Origin: Macrostomum lignano
Taxonomy: Eukaryota
Reading direction: 5' to 3'
Length of the DNA stretch: 33,429 nucleotides
Assembly: GCA_002269645.1 (NCBI GenBank)
Contig: NIVC01003627.1
Coordinates: 1-33,429, forward strand
The translations under genes and the position numbers were made by a program. The notes under the pieces are model-generated. The model saw only the letters and a program-made list of their open reading frames with translations, was not told where the DNA came from and made no database searches. Below, in pieces: positions 31,092 to 33,429 of the stretch (position 1 is the first letter of the stretch; each line of letters opens with the position of its first letter).

Positions 31092-31882
31092 ATGGGATCG
31101 ACAACATCCCTGCCCACCCTTGGCCGGGGAAATCCGCACAGTAATTACACAGCCGCTAAGCGCAGTGCATCTTCTGCTGGAACCGACAAGCAGCATAAAA
31201 AGCAGCAATCTTCCTCCTCTAATGGCGCTAATTCTCTTGCCAGATCGAAGAGCTGTAGCAATGCCAATTTTGGCAAGCAGCAAAAGCAACATTTGCTTCA
31301 ACAGCAGCAGCAGAATGGCGGCTTGGAATCCACAGTGGAGCCGGCAACCAATGGTAGCCAATGGCACAAGGTGTCCAATGGTAACTATGCCCCAGAGCCG
31401 GAGAAAACTCTTGCATCAACAACTTCTTTGCAGAAGCAAAAGCAACAGCAGAGATTGAAAAATCTTCAGCGACCGCCAGCAAACGGCGGCCTAGTTGGCC
31501 TGAACAACCTCGGCAATACCTGCTATATGAATAGCATTCTGCAGTGCCTGAGTCACACCGAGCCTCTGTTGCGTCACTTCGTGCTGGAGCGACGCTTTCA
31601 ACCAAGCGCCGGGCGAAACGGCAGCGGTCTGGCCAAGGCCTACGCCAATCTCATGCTGCGAATGTGGGCGGCGTCTGCCTCCCCAACTGGCGCTGACTGC
31701 ACCAGCCCGACCGAGCTGAAGCAGTGCGTAGCGCAATACGCGCCGAGGTTCCGCGGCTACAGTCAGCAGGATGCGCAAGAGTTCCTGCGCTATTTGCTAG
31801 AGGGACTTCACGAGGACCTGAATCTGGTCTCGGTCCGACCTAAGCTGCCGCCTGTTGATTATGAGCATCTGGACTTGCTTTC
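31092..31882 (+). CDS. USP2/USP21-like ubiquitin-specific protease, exon with S/Q-rich N-terminus, Cys box and QQDAQEF box
   Basis: GLVGLNNLGNTCYMNSILQCLSHT (catalytic Cys present) and FRGYSQQDAQEFLRYLLEGLHEDLN; donor TC|GTGAGT. An in-frame acceptor at 31065 means the true start may be upstream. Confidence 0.9.
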
Positions 31883-31925
31883 GTGAGTGCTCTGGACTGA
31901 GTTCTTCCACCCGCTTTGTTCTCCA

Positions 31926-32459
31926 GTTGCTGGGCCAGCCTCCTTGATCCTTAGTTGCCGGGCCAGCCTCCCAGATCCTCAGTTGCTGGGCCAGCCTCAT
32001 TGATCCTTAGTTGCCGGGCCAGCCTCCCAGATCCTCAGTTGCTGGGCCAGCCTCCAGATCCTCAGTTGCTGGGCCAGCCTCCCAGATCCTCAGTTGCTAG
32101 GCCAGCCTCCCAGATCCTCAGTTGCTGGGCCAGCCTCCCAGATCCTCAGTTGCTGGGCCAGCCTCCCAGATCCTCAGTTGCTAGGCCAGTCTCCCAGATC
32201 CTTAGTTGCTAGGCCAGCCTCCCAGATCCTCAGTTGCTGGGCCAGCCTCCCAGATCCTCAGTTGCTAGGCCAGTCTCCCAGATCCTTAGTTGCTAGGCCA
32301 GCCTCCCAGATCCTCAGTTGCTAGGCCAGTCTCCCAGATCCTTAGTTGCTGGGCCAGCCTCCCAGATCCTCAGTTGCTAGGCCAGCCTCCCAGATCCTCA
32401 GTTGCTGGGCCAGCCTCCCAGATCCTCAGTTGCTGGGCCAGCCTCCCAGATCCTCAGTT
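31926..32459. repeat. 28-bp minisatellite (GTTGCTGGGCCAGCCTCCCAGATCCTCA), about 19 copies, in the USP intron
   Basis: Direct inspection. Confidence 0.98.
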
Positions 32460-32481
32460 TGAGCACTAAACTCGTTTGCAG

Positions 32482-32649
32482 GGACGATGACAAAGCGGAC
32501 GAGCTGTGGCAGCGCTACCTGCAGCAGGAGAACAGCCCAGTTGTTGAAGCGTTCGTTGGCCAGCTGAAATCCACTCTGGAGTGCTGCCACTGCTCGCACA
32601 AATCCGTCACTTTTGATCCTTTTTGGGATTTGGCTCTGCCCATTCCAGG
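32482..32649 (+). CDS. USP2/USP21-like protease exon (DDDKADELWQRYL...FVGQLKSTLECCHC...FDPFWDLALPIP)
   Basis: TTTGCAG| phase 2; FVGQLKS.L.C..C and FDPFWDL.LPI are typical of USP2-type enzymes; donor GG|GTAAGC. Confidence 0.88.
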
Positions 32650-32749
32650 GTAAGCTTTCAATTCTCTATAGATTTTTTTGCAAATTTGCGTCTATTGTTA
32701 GTAGTGTTATTGGAACGTGTCGAGCTTATTTTCCAATAATATTGTGCAG

Positions 32750-32999
32750 AAATCGCGCACAAGTCTGGACGCCTGTCTGAAGTTGTTCACCAATCAGGAG
32801 ACTCTGGACGGAAACGAGCGGCCAACTTGCGACCGATGTCGATGTCGCAGGAAATGCGTCAAGCGTTTTCACCTGTATCGATTGCCCAGCGTTTTGGTGA
32901 TTCATCTGATGCGCTTCTCTGGCGAACGGTTCAAAACGAAGTTAAATACTCTTGTTGAGTATCCTATGGAGCTGGACGTTAGCGAGTTTCTCGATAAAA
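32750..32999 (+). CDS. USP2/USP21-like protease exon (KSRTSLDACLKLFT..LDGNERPTCDRC...IHLMRF...LDK); His box lies beyond the window
   Basis: LDG.E.PTC..C zinc-finger motif, LPSVLVIHL.RF; donor A|GTGAGT. 5' boundary uncertain because of a phase mismatch with the previous exon. Confidence 0.8.
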
Positions 33000-33048
33000 G
33001 TGAGTTTGCGAGTATTAAATGCTTTTTAATAAGTGGCTTATGATTTTA

Positions 33049-33429
33049 TTGGGTGGTGGGTGTTTTATTTGATGGTGGGTGTTTTATGTGATAGTGGGTG
33101 TTTTATGAGGTGGTGGTGTCTTAAGGGGTGGTGGGTGTCTTAAGGGTGGTTTGTGTTTATGGGGTGGTGGGTGTTTATTGGGTGGTGGGCGTCTTATGTG
33201 GTATTGGCTGTTTTATTGGTTGTGTGTGTTTTATAGAGTGGTGGGTGTCTTATGGGGTGGTGGGTGATTTTATGGGGTGGTGGGTGATTTTATGGGGTGG
33301 TGGGTGATTTTATGGAGTGGTGGGTGATTTTATGGGGTGGTGGGCGTTTTATGAGACGGTGGGTTTTTATGTGATGGTGGGTGTCTTATGGTGCGTGGGT
33401 GTCTTATGGGGTGGTGACGTGTCTTAAGG
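33049..33429. repeat. G/T-rich about 20-bp minisatellite (GGGGTGGTGGGTGATTTTAT), degenerate, running off the window end
   Basis: Direct inspection; lies in the USP intron after the 32999 donor. Confidence 0.92.

Noticed and set aside
31955-32470. Pro/Gln/Ser-rich ORFs within the USP intron
   Set aside because: Frame-cycling translations of the 28-bp repeat; flanking exons join in phase without them.

Overview
Eukaryotic (invertebrate metazoan) genomic DNA with GT-AG introns, GC-rich exons and AT-rich, minisatellite-laden introns. The style is reminiscent of a free-living flatworm such as Macrostomum, but that is inference only. Most of the window (4023-26036, minus strand) is a full-length CFAP47 gene. 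I traced 22 coding exons by hand (about 3,300 codons) with consistent splice phases, except for a cluster of frameshifts in exon 19. Nested antisense in CFAP47 intron 16 is a long single-exon ORF (9380-11029, open from 9173) encoding a very divergent TRPV-type channel with a TRPV5/6-like pore aspartate. A USP2/USP21-like deubiquitinase starts divergently at about 31.1 kb and runs off the window end. Between the two genes lies a 688-bp non-autonomous Mutator/Foldback-like element with about 200-bp TIRs and a perfect 9-bp TSD. Many introns carry their own tandem repeat, two of which consist of splice-site-like units. The first 2.5 kb may hold a decayed C-type-lectin-like gene. No rRNA, tRNA, CRISPR or prokaryotic features are supported. 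Protein identifications rest on recalled family motifs, not database searches.
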